DNA of 63,969 nucleotides, filler included, from Choristocarpus tenellus KU-1152 (lineage: Eukaryota > Protista > Phaeophyceae), in NCBI GenBank assembly GCA_964200185.2. It is 7 parts of 7 records of this genome, joined end to end, with 100 filler letters (N's around TTAATTAATTAA, not from the genome) between each part and the next. Parts side by side here need not be neighbours in the genome. Positions count along the whole stretch, not along the records: positions 35,006 to 41,497 come from CAXNAD020008010.1; positions 41,598 to 52,099 come from CAXNAD020002891.1; 5 more parts are not named here. One strand, given 5' to 3'. Position numbers and translations under genes: made by a program. A model generated the notes under the pieces. The model made no database searches. It had not been told where the DNA came from and saw nothing but the letters and a program-made list of their open reading frames with translations. Below are positions 35,044 to 48,402 of the stretch, in pieces. Position 1 is the stretch's first letter. Every line of letters begins with the position of its first letter.

Positions 35044-37162
35044 GATACTTTGACCCACAAAAGCACTGGTGGCGTCCAATATGATGCATCTTGCGACATG
35101 CTCTGGGTAGAGGGCTGTGGATGCACTAACTCTGAATATAACCCGTCCATTTGTGTGTCGAGGTATACTTTTATTGCAGATTGAATTGGAAGTCAGAATA
35201 GGGGGGAACACCTTACAATAAGAAAGATGCACGAGAGTAAAGTAAGACTCAAATATAATTCTTAGTCACCTTATCTGTGTCACGTACCAACTGAGTTTAT
35301 ATTTTGAAGAACATTTACCATATGGATCCAACTTACTGTAACCATGCTGAACGCAGCTGTAAGTCATGATCATGTACGGAAAAGATCAGTATGTGTGTAA
35401 TGTGGATTATCAGGAAAGGGACTGTCAAATCCTGCTTACAAGAAATAGTCTTTGTCACTATACAAGTGGCTCTCTTGAGATGAATCATGCATTTCAAGTT
35501 AGAGACCCCAGGCAGTTGAGCAAGAAGGGGCCTCATTATTGATATGCTTCCCTAGCCCCTTGCCCACTTGTGTAGGGCTAAGTTAGGTTGGGGACATAAC
35601 AGAAATGTATACATAGCGTTGTAATTACACTCTTAAAAGGGAGTGTTGAAGTATAGGTGGTGTTCAAATCGTGGAGGAAGAAGGCCATGTTTCAAAACTA
35701 TAACCATGCAGAATGCAATGGTAGGTTGATATCATGTATCACGCAGCTTGGTATACATTTAATGCGGGTTACTTGCACACAAAGGAACTGCTAATAGTGG
35801 ACAAGCCAACTTTCGACACTTGTTGATGATACTGAACTGTTCTAGGAATGACAAAGGGAGTGGCCTTTATTTTATCACCAATTCCTACTGGGAGGGGAAG
35901 GATCTGAGATTACGAATGTGTTGGTGACTCAGTTTTGTGTCCACTTGCAGCCCTCAAGTGGTACACATGGTGTTGAAACAGTCCACACTGGACCCACGAC
36001 TTTTGTGCTTTGATAAAGGACAATGAATAGCTTGATGTAGATATGCAATATAAATATTACAAGAGGCTTATGATCTCGATTCCGCTGACTGAACTGGTGG
36101 GGTGAGACTACCATTATTATTTCTGTAGTGTGGTGTTCGCAATCGTCCACACTAGTTTACTATGAATCACTTACTAACTTGTTTCAAGTATAGCAAGTGT
36201 ATCTTGAACATGACACAAAAATTAATGGACACTATGAGTCAGTACATATGATGTATCTGCCACTGGCTCTCCATCCTATTACCTAATCCACCGGTGGTGT
36301 CTATAGTGTATCAGCAGCACTATCTACGAACACATGGAACATTCCTCATTGGCTTTTATGGTATGTTCAAATAGGTTGTATGTCTATTAGACGCCACGTG
36401 GGGGTTTGAATAAAGAGGTCATTTTTGGTACTTGTCCTTACTCACCCTTAGTTATGTCTTGTGTGTAGGACATGCAGTTGCTGTGCACACACAGGTTGGC
36501 TTTCGCTTATCAGCAAGACATTGAAAGTTTGGCGTAAACAAACTGGCATTACTAGAGTTTGAGTTTCTTCTATTGCTGTACGTGGTGCAGGATCCTTTTG
36601 GTGTATTATGTTGAGACTTGCCTGGCAAGTGGTAGGATCAAACCTGTGGCGAAAAGGTAGCATACACCGGGTGCAACAAACACTGATGAAGGAAGATGAA
36701 GAGAAAAATGGAAAAGGAATAAATAATAAAATGAACAAGAGTTACTTTGGTTTGAGACCAATACTCCTTGTTTATATCCAACAGATGGAAAAGGGACATC
36801 ACCAATATTCTACCAAATAAAAGACTCCGTCATCCTATCCAACAATCCTAGGTCTACCCACCACTTTTCACTATCAAAGAGAAAAGGACAAGGACACTCG
36901 GCCATGAATTAACCAGCAGGCAGTACTGAGCAGACATGCGACACCATGTCTCTTCTGCAGTCACCCTCACCCAGGTTTCCATCTACAGGTTCCCAAGCAA
37001 ACGCGTACCTCTCGGGTAGGCTCCCATTCCCCATCCATGGTGCTGACCCTGTCAACAGGATCCTCCATTTCTGCAGTTATCTAAATACTGCAATGCCCAC
37101 TCTTCGTGGCAACATCCTTATATGACACATGGACTACTGATGTTGACAAACTGGGCAGCGTC

Positions 37163-37336
37163 TGGATAAAGTATCTGGGGGGGGGGGGCTACACCATAGT
37201 GTCCATTTGGGCTCTGACCAGGAAAAACGAACTTACACTATTCATCTGATGCAAGCAACCAAATCACTCAAAAAATGCGACATGGGAAAATGGATCCCAA
37301 ATGGATAGCCGCCACCCTCCTCAGATACTTTGAGCC
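37163..37336 (-). mobile_element. MITE family B copy
   Basis: AAAGTATCTGGGGGG ... CCTCAGATACTTTGAGCC; interior is the reverse complement of 26940-27120. Confidence 0.85.
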
Positions 37337-37556
37337 TCTTGTGCCCCCTCAACCATCTTTGTTAATTGATCTAGATCAATCCCTCTTTTCATGACATAAC
37401 ATCACCTGTGCCTAACCTCATGTCTCAAAAACGAACCTTGCTGGACGCTTATGTGGGCGAAGGAGATGCTATCGTTTCCTTCTTTTACACACATAACATT
37501 TTGCCAACCTTTGGAGTGCCAGACCCATACCTTCGTTGTAAAAAAAAATGCAGGTT

Positions 37557-37811
37557 GAGTGAAAGTATCTTAGAGGGTACGAGTTTTCCCTGTTCGTCCA
37601 TTTGGAGCTTGTCTTCTCATGTTTTTTTCGATGACATTTTCCTACTCCAAGGTTCGGAGTAGGTAAAATGTATACGTTATGAAAAGGTGTGTCTGAAACA
37701 AGGGATATTGACACTTCCTAACAAATACCATAGCCACAATTACATCAAAATCGCAACATTGGATTTTGACCCCAAATGGGCGCAGCCCTACCCTCTAAGA
37801 CACTTTGGGTC
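37557..37811 (-). mobile_element. MITE family A full copy with 4-bp TSD GGTT
   Basis: Both TIRs present. GGTT at 37553-37556 and 37812-37815. Confidence 0.9.
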
Positions 37812-38639
37812 GGTTGATGGAGAGTGGCAAGTTAGCCACTCGGACCTGTCCATGCAGGCCTCGGGCAAGGATGTGAGCAACTTCAATGCAGTTGCCCCCT
37901 ACTATGGAGGTAAGTAGTACTCAACATTATTGAAGTATTTTCTGGAATATTTCGAGTTAAACAACAAACAAGATACAGTTGCAAACTCGAGGGTAAGCTA
38001 GATCTCATCAAGTTGGTTTGGGGTGCTAATTACACATGGAACCCACGACATGTGCTGTTCTAGACTTAATTGGAGAAATATATCAGTCGCACAAAGTAGA
38101 CTGAAGGCAGTAGACTGTTGTGAAATCTGCTAGAGGACGATCCATCTCATTAAATCTACGTGGAATGAACGCTGATGTCCTAACACATCGATCAAGCTAT
38201 GGTAACACCTTCAACTCAAAACATAACATGCAATTGCGAGCATATTCTGAAGAAGGGGAGCATTTTTTTTGGGGGGGGGGTCTCCAAGATGTCTTCATAT
38301 TTGCTCTATGGTTGGCGCTGTTGACCCTATATTGGAGCGTGGTGACTTTTATTGGTTTGTACCTGTTCTTGACACGAAACCCATCTCATTGGAATGCTGA
38401 TATACACGGAACTCATACAGTATCTTACCGATTACTTCTTCGCGTTCTCATCAGGACTCCTCCTCTAATCGAGTTACACTGACCTTGAGATATCGGTAAG
38501 TTTTAGAGAGTGCTAGTGAGCATATGTTAAAGAACCTTATTGCCAAGATTCATTTACATAAAATGCAATGATAATTTAGTTGGCAGGGTGGAGAGAATGA
38601 GCGTGAGGAGTGAACTTGTCGGCCAAAAAGAGTCATCAT

Positions 38640-38895
38640 TCCCAAGAGTCAAACCAACTGAGAGGTGTAGGCAGGGTTGTATTCTAAGAGTCTCGAGAAA
38701 AGGCAAAAACATGCCATTTTTTACAAGGACAGAAAGAGCTTTGGATAAATTGCGATGTTGCTTTGTGTGTGTAAAGGGGAAATATCAATTTTGCACACAC
38801 TACTGTGAATATAAAGGATTTAAATGGAGGGTATTGCACAGAGCAAGAATGATGGCTTAGATTGCAATAGGGTCCAAACCTGCCTCTCAATTGGA
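38640..38895 (+). repeat. Dispersed repeat family E, copy 1
   Basis: Homologous to 56205-56450 (shared TATCAATTTTGCA and AGGGTCCAAACCT...TCTCAATTGG). Confidence 0.8.
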
Positions 38896-39406
38896 ATACA
38901 TCAATTAATAAATCCCATCAACTAACCTTCCAATTCCTACCTCTTGAGCTGCCATTTCAATCATGTTCGACTCGAGCAAAACCCAATTTCACACACTCCC
39001 TCTTGTCTGGTAGGGAAAACAATAATGAAATGGGTAGCATGAAATGTCACACCCAGGGCCAATGAAGGCATCGGAAGTTAGGATATTAAATTTCATAGAC
39101 ACTGTCATAGCCATGTTCAAAATTTGGTGCATACTCAATCAGTACACGATAAGAACTACCTCTTTCCATGCACCTTAGAAGGTTCTAGCAAGATCTTCCC
39201 CTTGGCCACCAAGGACATCCGCACACACTTATACTCCGCTCCTATTCTCTTCCCTCTTGTGCATTCACTTTAATTAATTGTCACTAAAGTAGTTTAGCAC
39301 AGTGGAAAGAGCCTGTGTCAGGCCCCCATGGGTTTCAGTGTATTTATCTAGGATTGTCTTAAATGTTTTGTCAGGTGGACATGTCTAAGAGAATACAATT
39401 TGCCCT

Positions 39407-39582
39407 GGCTCAAAGTATTCTGAGGGGGAAAGGCAACGGTCCATTTGGAGTCAATTTTTTATGTCGCGATTTTTGGGTGATTTGGTTACATGCATCTGAT
39501 GGATATGTAGGTGCACCGTTCCTGTATATGGCCCAAATGGACACCCTGGTGTAGACCCCCCCCCCTCCCAATACTTTGGGTA
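39407..39582 (+). mobile_element. MITE family B copy
   Basis: GGCTCAAAGTATTCTGAGGGGG ... CCCAATACTTTGGG; colinear with 26940-27120. Confidence 0.85.
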
Positions 39583-41497
39583 AGTGGTCTGCAGCGAGCA
39601 AACAAATTAGAGGTCAACAGTTTGAATTTCAGTTTCTGGTCAGGCTGATGATGCCTCCCCAGGGTTATGGCCAGCTCTTAAAGCAGTCAGAAACTAGGTC
39701 ATATCACTTTTTGTCCAGACATACTCTGTCAAACATGAGGTCAAAGTGGTGCTCCATGCCCTTTTTCGGATGCTGTTCATCACGAAGGTCACTCAATCAA
39801 TCTCATGTTGGTTAGGGAAGGAGGGTTTGTTAACGTTTTGTATGTTAGACCCCAGTCTCAAAATATACCTTCCCCTTTTGGTGACATCAATCTTCCCGAC
39901 CCATATAGACTCATCGTTCCATTCAAGCACATGGACTGCTTCAATTATTTCAAGCTCTACTTGCTATAGTTGTCTTGGCTATATCTCTATTGACAAGAGG
40001 TTCGCCTATGTCCAGTCCATTACCAATGCACTGTGATAGTACTTTCACTGACCAATCCAGTTAGGTTGGAGCTGTTCTGTTCATGAGTGCAATTTTTGTT
40101 TACGTTCATCATTATGGAGACCAAAACTGTCCACATGGCTGATGATCTCCACGAGAACATGCATAATTTGAAGGTCCTCACACCCGTTGTGTCTTACTCA
40201 TTCCTGTTCAAGCAGAACATTGTTTTCCTTCAGGCTAACAACAATGCAAGGACACATGCAGCATCTGCCAAAGAACCAGTGGATCCTCGTGACTCTGCTA
40301 GAAGCAACACGATATATGTATGACCAAGCAATTTGCCCCATCACCACATTTCAACAGTCTGGACGTCAGTTCTTCTGTTTAAAACTCCCAGTCAAACATG
40401 AAGTCGTAGACATCCCCCAAATATGTTGCTTTTGATTAAGGCCACCCTATTTGACTTTCTGTTAGACAGAGGGGGAGGAATTGATGCTGTTTGGCATGTT
40501 TTGACCCATCTTCAAAATATTCCTTCTCATCTTTCACTTGGTTGAATTAGCTTTCCGACCTCATTATCACTGGTCGGTTCAAACACAGGCTGCTTCAATT
40601 CCATCAAGTTCCACCTGTGTAAGTTGTCTTTAACATCCCTTGCTACAAGAGGCTACGCCCATGTTCAGTCCATCATCAAGGCACTGTGATGATACCTTCT
40701 CCCTCTGATCCAATGTAATTGGGGCTATTCCATACCTGAATGCAATTTGTACCTGGGAGACTCATTGGACCTTGCCAAAGTCCTTGCACAGCTTGAATTA
40801 GTTGCGAACAGCAGTTCCTCACCTGTGAAGGGGGACATGGTGTAATTTTGTGCAACACCTTGAGAATGTGAGGTCCTTCAGTCTTGCAATCTCTAGGCGA
40901 AAAAAGGGCAACTGAAGGACAATCCACATTTTTACGGTTTTAGCCCTGACTTTCACCCCTTGCGACAGGGGGCTTTACCTTCACTGATACCATCTTGAGA
41001 ACAACAAGACTCAGACGTTGCACTGGGCTAGTTTGAAAGCTGAAAATTGGAACACGAACATGTTCATCACCAATTAAAACTGTAGCTGCCCCCAGTACAA
41101 GAGTTGTGCAGTCAAAATTCTAGCTGTTTATTCTAGCCAACCAGAAGTGTATATTTGAGCCCTGAAACATGAAAAAGTGCAACACGATAATTGTGCAGTG
41201 AATCATCTTCCCATTGCAGCAGACACTACAGGATAGATCTACCAAGTGAGGCAAAGTAACAATGAGATTTTAGGAGAATACGTCTTTGCTTTTACCTAAG
41301 GTTCTGGTAGGTGGTTGCAGTGCCTCTGTTACAACACGCTCCAGAAGCTTACCTCCACAGGATCTATAGCTCCAATCTACAGGCCTATAGATGACACTGA
41401 TGCTCGTACAAGGCTCCCAGGGTACTCCAAGAGTCAAGGGGGTCCAATCCACACACTAATGAACGCCAGCTCAGACCCGAAGTATCTGGGAGGGGGG

Positions 41498-41597
41498 NNN
41501 NNNNNNNNNNNNNNNNNNNNNNNNNNNNNNNNNNNNNNNNNTTAATTAATTAANNNNNNNNNNNNNNNNNNNNNNNNNNNNNNNNNNNNNNNNNNNN
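41498..41597. other. Artificial contig spacer, with MITE TIR + poly-G/C ends nearby on both sides (41474-41497, ~41660-41695)
   Basis: 44 N + TTAATTAATTAA + 44 N. Confidence 0.99.
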
Positions 41598-44285
41598 TAA
41601 TTATGCAATAAAAATAATTCCCAAAACATTCTGAAAAAAAACAACATCCACAAAACTATTCCCCCCCCCCCCCCCCCCCCCAGATACTTTGAGCCAAACG
41701 CAGATACTGACCTTGGTTTGAAGGTAGGCAACCGGTTCCTTGGATGGCACAATGTAGTGGGTTACCTTTGACTCCAGCTCCAGTATCCCAACTGTCAGCT
41801 TCCTGCTAGAGCCACTTCTGGAGGGAGGGGGGCCAGTCTAGTTTTAGTGCTGTGTATTTGTATCTAGGAAAAAGAGGGTCGTTCCTGATCCTTGTTTGCC
41901 CTTAGAAAAATATATAAATCAGGATCACTTCATGTGGTGCACTGCGCATCATGACATGGAAGACAAGCGCGCGAGCTTCACTCAGCACATCGAAAACGAG
42001 CACTAAGGCTCTCACCTTCACACATCCATTTCAACAAAAAAGAGTAGTGGCAACCACAGCGGGGCTCTGCATACTGTCTCCTTCCGGTAGGAAACATTAA
42101 CAAACTTTAAAGAATACACTTCAAAAGTAATCACAGTAAAACTGTTCTAAATACTAGCAAACACCGTACAATAGCAAGCGATGCCTACTCAGGAAGAGAC
42201 TGCAAACACAAGCCTAACTGCATTGGCAAACACATGGTGAAGGGATGCACTCGTGGATGAATAGATGAATTGATGAATAGATTAGATTTTTCGTTTCATT
42301 GCTAAAGCCACTCTCCTACTGTTACACACGTGCTCTGAAACCAAGGAACACTCATTCAAACTCCCACATTCTAAAAACTATGTATGCCCCAGTGTATCTG
42401 CAGTGTTACAGGTTTATTGTATCTCTAGACCTCACCGAGGCAGCAGAACAGAAGGCGGTTCCATCATACACAGATATCCAGCCTTGAAATAAAAAGCTAG
42501 CAGAACACAGATAACCACGGAAGAAATGCCATGTCATTTTATCTAAGAAAAGATCATATCCTAGCACACTGATTGAGACAAACAATCAATCTAAGCGACC
42601 ACCTGCCCCTCAAGAGACAAAAAATGGAGTACAACAATCAACACAAAAGCCCAAGGGGGAGTGGGGTGCCCATACCCCCACCTCAATCCCAACTTGCCAT
42701 CCCTTCCTTCTCATAGCTGTGTCAAGCATACCCTGCAGAGAGCATGTCAGAAAGAGTCTCAACCATTGATACCCTGTTGCTCAATCTAATCAGCTAAAAT
42801 ATAGCGGAACCATAAAAGAAAATAGTCATCACGATCCTCCATGGGACCTCACCTACTCGCTGCAGCGGCGTCTCTGAGGAGTGACCCCACACACACTGGT
42901 CACCTCAAAACAACAATACTTCTAAAGTAAGGCAGGTCCAAGTCTATCACATCAACATCCGAGTGCAGTACACAGGTAGGGTCTACAATAGTATCACAAC
43001 ACAGAGTCCAATATTCCTGTAAGCCTAGAGCAAGCTCAAGGCTCTAGCCCAGTCATATCACCCAAAAATGTACAGGTTCTTTTCCCATACATACTCATCA
43101 GAAAAAGATAGCTTCAAAAACAGAGACCTAGGCTTAGAGGGGTGAAACAACTATTACAACAGGGTCAGGATTTGAGATCAGAGCACTGCAAGGCAATCAA
43201 CTAAGGATATTGTATGGGTTGGGTACCTGCAAACAAGACATGTTGAATACAGCAGTGCATCATATTGTACATCAAGCATGCAACTACTGACAACCACAAT
43301 ATGTACCCTTTTCTGTGGGATGTTTGTACCACTTGCAGGATGGGAACCTCACCTTACTGTCGAAGCTTGCTTAATAACAAAAAGGACAGGACCAATAGTT
43401 GCAACCCCACTTCCACCTCCAGTAACCTCAGTCACAGCAGGAACTGCTTCAGGGGGAGGGGGAGGGCAGGAAGGGGGCACCGAGGTACTCCCAAACGTTC
43501 CCAAAGAAGTCATAGGTACCCTCTCAGCAGCACTCCCAAATGATTGAGAAAAAGCCCCAAATCCTAAAGGAGCACTTCCAAACTGCAGCATTCTATCACC
43601 AGCAGGGGGGATAGGAAGGAATGAGTCTCCTCGCTTGGTACCCCTTGGTAAGCTGGAGGGTACGCCAAAGGCAAACGTTGAGGAACTGGAAGGGGTCTAT
43701 TTGTGCCATTTACAGGGGGAATGAGGTTGTGGGAGAGAAAAGGGGGGGGGGGGGAGGGTTGAATGGGGGGACAGATGGGAAGGGGGGGGGGGGGGGAAAG
43801 AGGGANNNNNNNNNNGTTTGGGAGTTGGGGGTGGGTTTTTGTGTCTTAGGAGGGGGGGAGGGGGGGGGGGGGGAGAGGGGGGGGGGGGGGGGGAGGGTTG
43901 AATGGAGAGACGAGGATAAGACCAAGGTTGGGAGGAAGGGTACCAAACCTGGTGTGTTGGGCTACCCAATACAATGGTGTGAGGAGGGAATAACTGTCAT
44001 TGATCAAGGACTCCAAACATAGAAACAAAACAACACACAAAAGTACATTACTTACTCAATAGGCAATGTGACAATTAATATGCATATACATAGACACACA
44101 TGAGTACAAGCTCTGCAATATATATATTGCATGCTTTGGAATATCAAGGTGCAATTGATTAGAAACCACACCAATCATGAGGAAATAGTAGCTAACCAGG
44201 ACAAACCCCTGATCCTTCCACTCAAGTGTACATAACCTGCCTGCCTGCCTTCAAGCTAGTATGTCAAACTTCCCCTCTCACTCAC

Positions 44286-47200
44286 GTTCTTCCATGAAAC
44301 TGTTTTGGAGGTCAGGGTAGGGGGAGCCCCATACCTCAATGGCTCCGCTGTCGAAAGGCTAAGCTCTACCCCTGCACGAAAATGCAGATAATATATAGAT
44401 ATCCCCCCGAGGTCAAAAGGGGAAGTGTGTAACATGAGGGGGATGCATGTGTGACAACCTCAGCATGACAAAAAAAAGAAGTGCAGCCTGAGTTTACAAA
44501 ATGTAGGGTGGAATAATCAGGAGAAGGCATTGTCTAAGAATGGAGGCAGGGGAAGAGAATGAGGTAACAGCCTGTACAAGAACGGACACAAACTGTGCTA
44601 TTCGTTCCCTGATAATTTCTTATGTTATGTTCAAGTTTGCAATCTGTCCCTGCCCTATTATCATGCGACCTGGCTAGCCTGCTGCGTGCAGACAGTGGCA
44701 AGGGGGAGTGCCCTACTAAAACTCAAGTATTAAAACATGTCCTACAAGGCAACCAGGAGGCAACACTTGACCCATCTGAGGGTCAAATGAAATACACTAT
44801 TTTCAAGTGCATGTAGTATCATCTATCGCTTCATTCATTGGGGAGTTGAATAGTGACCTCCTGACTTCCTGGTAGGACATAGCACAGATTCGACCATTTG
44901 GCAAAGGGAAACAACCCCTTGCCATCGCCTCCACGGAACAGGCTAGCCAGATCGCAGGCATGGGGGAGGGACAACCTGCGACTGTAACAAAGGAAAAATG
45001 TTCAGGGAACGAACAGGGCAGTTCATGTCAACTACCATGCATTCATAAGGACAGTTGGGCTTGCCCCCTTAGGCACCCCCAGCCTAAACACTTTCAGCCA
45101 CCAAACCATCCTTCCACCAATCACACCACAGCCTGCTCCACGCCACCTACCCCAGACTCCCTTCAGAGATCGGAGTGCATACCTTCCCAGCTCTCCCCAG
45201 TGTCCTGAGCAACATTGGCAAGGTAGGTGCATGAGATGAAGCTGTCCTGCATATTCACCCTGAGGTCATAGGATGGAGACCAGCTTGCCCCAATGACAAT
45301 GTACCTCACCTATAGATGTGTAAGTCCGCAACCAGGGGCAAAGGCAGGGGGACAGATATATGGTAGCATGGCATGGTAAGGCTTGATACTTGCAAGAGAT
45401 GCAAAAGTGTACAGCACTAAGATGAGTTCAATGAAGCGCAATAAAGTGCTCTGTGTGTTGAAACTGAACAGGTAGAACATTGCAGCACTACTCAGTATAC
45501 CTCGATATCAATTAGTCCAGTCTCTGCCACATCAAGGGAAATCGTCACTGATTTCAGAGGGCCTACAGTTGAACGGCTGAATGGCTCCCCAAATCCATGA
45601 GGAGACTTTTCCTTCTGCAAATTTTGAACAAGGGTGGCCAGGGCTTCCTCAACCCTGAGACCGGAAAGGGAAAATGATGGCATGGGGAAGGAGAGGCATC
45701 GACAGGGAAAGGGGGGGGGGGTCAATACCCTCCAAACCACATTTATCACTAGTAGAGCCGGAACAGAACAGTCAGTCAGTCGAATGGCAGTGGGAGACTG
45801 ATACAGTGCCTCCCACCACAGAACAAGAATAGCAGTATTGACTGGGCATGTAATGCAAAGTGCCTCACTTCTGACCCTCACGACACAACTGGAGCCTGGA
45901 GTCATCCCACTCCTTCGTCTGTGACTCCCACCAAACCAGTGCCTCCTTTACAGACTCAAGCTTCAACTCGGTTGGCGGCCCTTCAAGCTTATTTCTTGCC
46001 CCACAGACACCAGAGGTGTAGAAATCCGCAATCTTTTCAATAACCAGATTGTCAAGTAGAGGAGGTATGTGAGTGGAAGAGCATTCCATGGCTATGATGA
46101 GGGCATAGGTGTTTTGGTTGATCATGGTATACAGGGATGTGCACACAGCAACAAATAGGGGGTGACTAATTGGCAGAATGTCCACACCTGGTGGTGCTCC
46201 AGATTCAAGGTTGCATTTCCTTGATTTTGCGCAAGAGGATCTCTGTAATATTTGCATAGAGAGGAATCCAATTCAGATGTGAGCCACCATCACATTGATC
46301 GTGACTGAGGAAGTGAACCAACACTCATAATGCAAACAAAATACTTCAAGAGGTAGGTCTGAAAATCGGCTCCTCTCACCCTTCTCGTGCTGTTCAGAAC
46401 AGAGCAGTTTCCCATCAAAACTATGTGCTGAAAGAGAGAGATTTATTACATGGATCACAAGGGAGTTCCACATGTGAGAATAAAACTACATTCTTGACCA
46501 GGCAGCAAGATCAACACATATTTGTCGTTATAAACAGCACCAGCGACTTACTGGAGCAAGAATAGTGGTTTCCTGTACACAAAGAGGGATTGCATCTGAC
46601 TTCGAAAAACAGCTCCAAACTCCGAAAGGCCAGAGAAAATTCCCTGTAATCTATGGGCATCTAGCAGTACCAACTTAACCTCTATAGGTCCTACTAAGAA
46701 GTATAATCGATCATCCTGTCTTAGATCTGCAGGAAAAAAATATTACATTAATCCCATAATGAGATCAAGGAGTCCATTGTGACTTGGGAGAGGTACAATA
46801 CATGCGTAATCCAGCAAGGGTCAGTGCAGTCTCGCAGGACTCCACGCCTCAGTTCTCATCAGACCCTCAAAAGTGATGTAATGGTTTCGGAGGGGAAAAT
46901 CTAACGCTCCTGGGGTGGCGACTGGACTCTAGTAACCCTAAAAACGAACCGAGCGCATGTAGTCAATCCTGGCTATATCCTGCTTTAATTCCTTGCTCTG
47001 GTCTGCAAGTCCCTGGATCTTTTCTTCCATCTTTTCTATGCGTTCTTCTTTCGCGGTCAAATTCTCCGCAGTGTTCTCCTCCTGGGAGATGAGAAGAGAG
47101 TTACATATATCAGGGGATAAAAGAGAAGAGCTATCGAAATTCTTTTGGTCGTCGTAAGGGCTGTCCCAATGGAAGTCGCTTCCCCGGTCAGGGCTTGCCT

Positions 47201-47708
47201 GAAATCCAAAATATACAAAACAAAATTAAGGTGCGCCATATCAGCCTCCTGCCATTTTCCCTCACAGTGGTGTTCAAATCATCGGCAGAGACGTGAAGAA
47301 TAGTGCAGAGCCCAGTCCCTTGCACCCTCAAACTGTCCATATCCACTGATGCGGGTAGTCCACCGAGAGAAACCTAGGAGTTATTTGAGTAAGGTCATGT
47401 GTACAGATCAAATCAAGCGTGTTAGTTGACACGAGTAAGAAGGGGCAACAAGCGGAGAGAAGTAGCAAGGGAACAACTATGTCGACCAAGCGCACCTCAT
47501 AGTGTCCGATCTCATCAGGGGTAAAGCTTAACACCCTTGTGACCTCGGCTCTGTTGTTGGTGAAAACTGTAACCCTCCGAATGGGGGCGGGGTCCTTCAA
47601 GGTTACCTTAACGGGATCTATACCAGCGGGTGCTTCGGGTGGATGCTTCATATTCCTTGCACCCAGTCCTGGGCTAGAAAGCTCCAGATTCTCAAGAGAA
47701 AATCTCAT
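44286..47708 (-). CDS. DUF4140 + DUF4139 family protein (MuiA-like), 5' part; exons approx. 47708-47496, 47373-47266, 47081-46950, ~46032-45869, 45653-45501, ~45310-45183, 44371-44286
   Basis: Family motifs appear in order: 'IRRVTVFTNNRAEVTR', 'GLPASVDMDSLRVQG', a coiled coil, 'YIVIGASWSPSYDLRV', 'VAQDTGESWEGVELSLSTAEP'. 3' exons not resolved. Confidence 0.85.
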
Positions 47709-48402
47709 GCAATCTCCCTTCTTCACATATGACATGCAGAGTGAGTGATGAAATATCCTATTCAACACACAAACGTGAAATCCTCCTCTCTCACTTTTGG
47801 ATCGTTTTTTGTGAGAGGCAGACATTTCAGATTTTATATCTTCATCACCTATTTTGTGTGTTCAAATATCTTTATATTTTCGATAGTGTATTTCTTGTAT
47901 CCTACACTAATAGTACCAGCGCGCGGAAGATACGCGCACTCACAAAGAAGAGAGGATAGGGGTATTATGTGGGGTCAAGTACTGCTCAGCAGAGGTCCAA
48001 AAGACCCGACCACTTGTGCGAGTTGAATATGTTGAGGTGAACGTGGTGAGCGTAATTGCCGTCACCGTTGGTGTGTATCTGCTGTTTCTTTCCTTTGATG
48101 GAAAATACGTCATAGGGTCCGTTTTGACATAAACTCTGACCAGTGATCGATGCTGTAGGACTGGTATTGTGGTGTTGGAGAGTACTCCGTTTCCCTTGCG
48201 ATAGATTTAGCTTTATTTCCAAAAGAACTTCCTCCACTTTACATTTAAGGTAGTATAATTTAATGGAGACTGAAGCTTGGGCAAACAACGTCAGCGAAGT
48301 CATTATTGGTTGAGAAATGCTTTCATTGGTATTAATAAGCCCAACATTGTTGCAACTTTCACCGTACCCAGGAACAGTGACATCGCCTAAACAGCGAGGA
48401 CT
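47709..48402. promoter_or_regulatory. Candidate bidirectional promoter region
   Basis: ~700 bp between divergent start codons; two ATTGG (CCAAT) motifs near 48306 and 48325. Confidence 0.45.

Noticed and set aside
43621-44040. Poly-Gly/poly-Pro ORFs
   Set aside because: Low-quality poly-G sequence around a 10-N scaffold gap.
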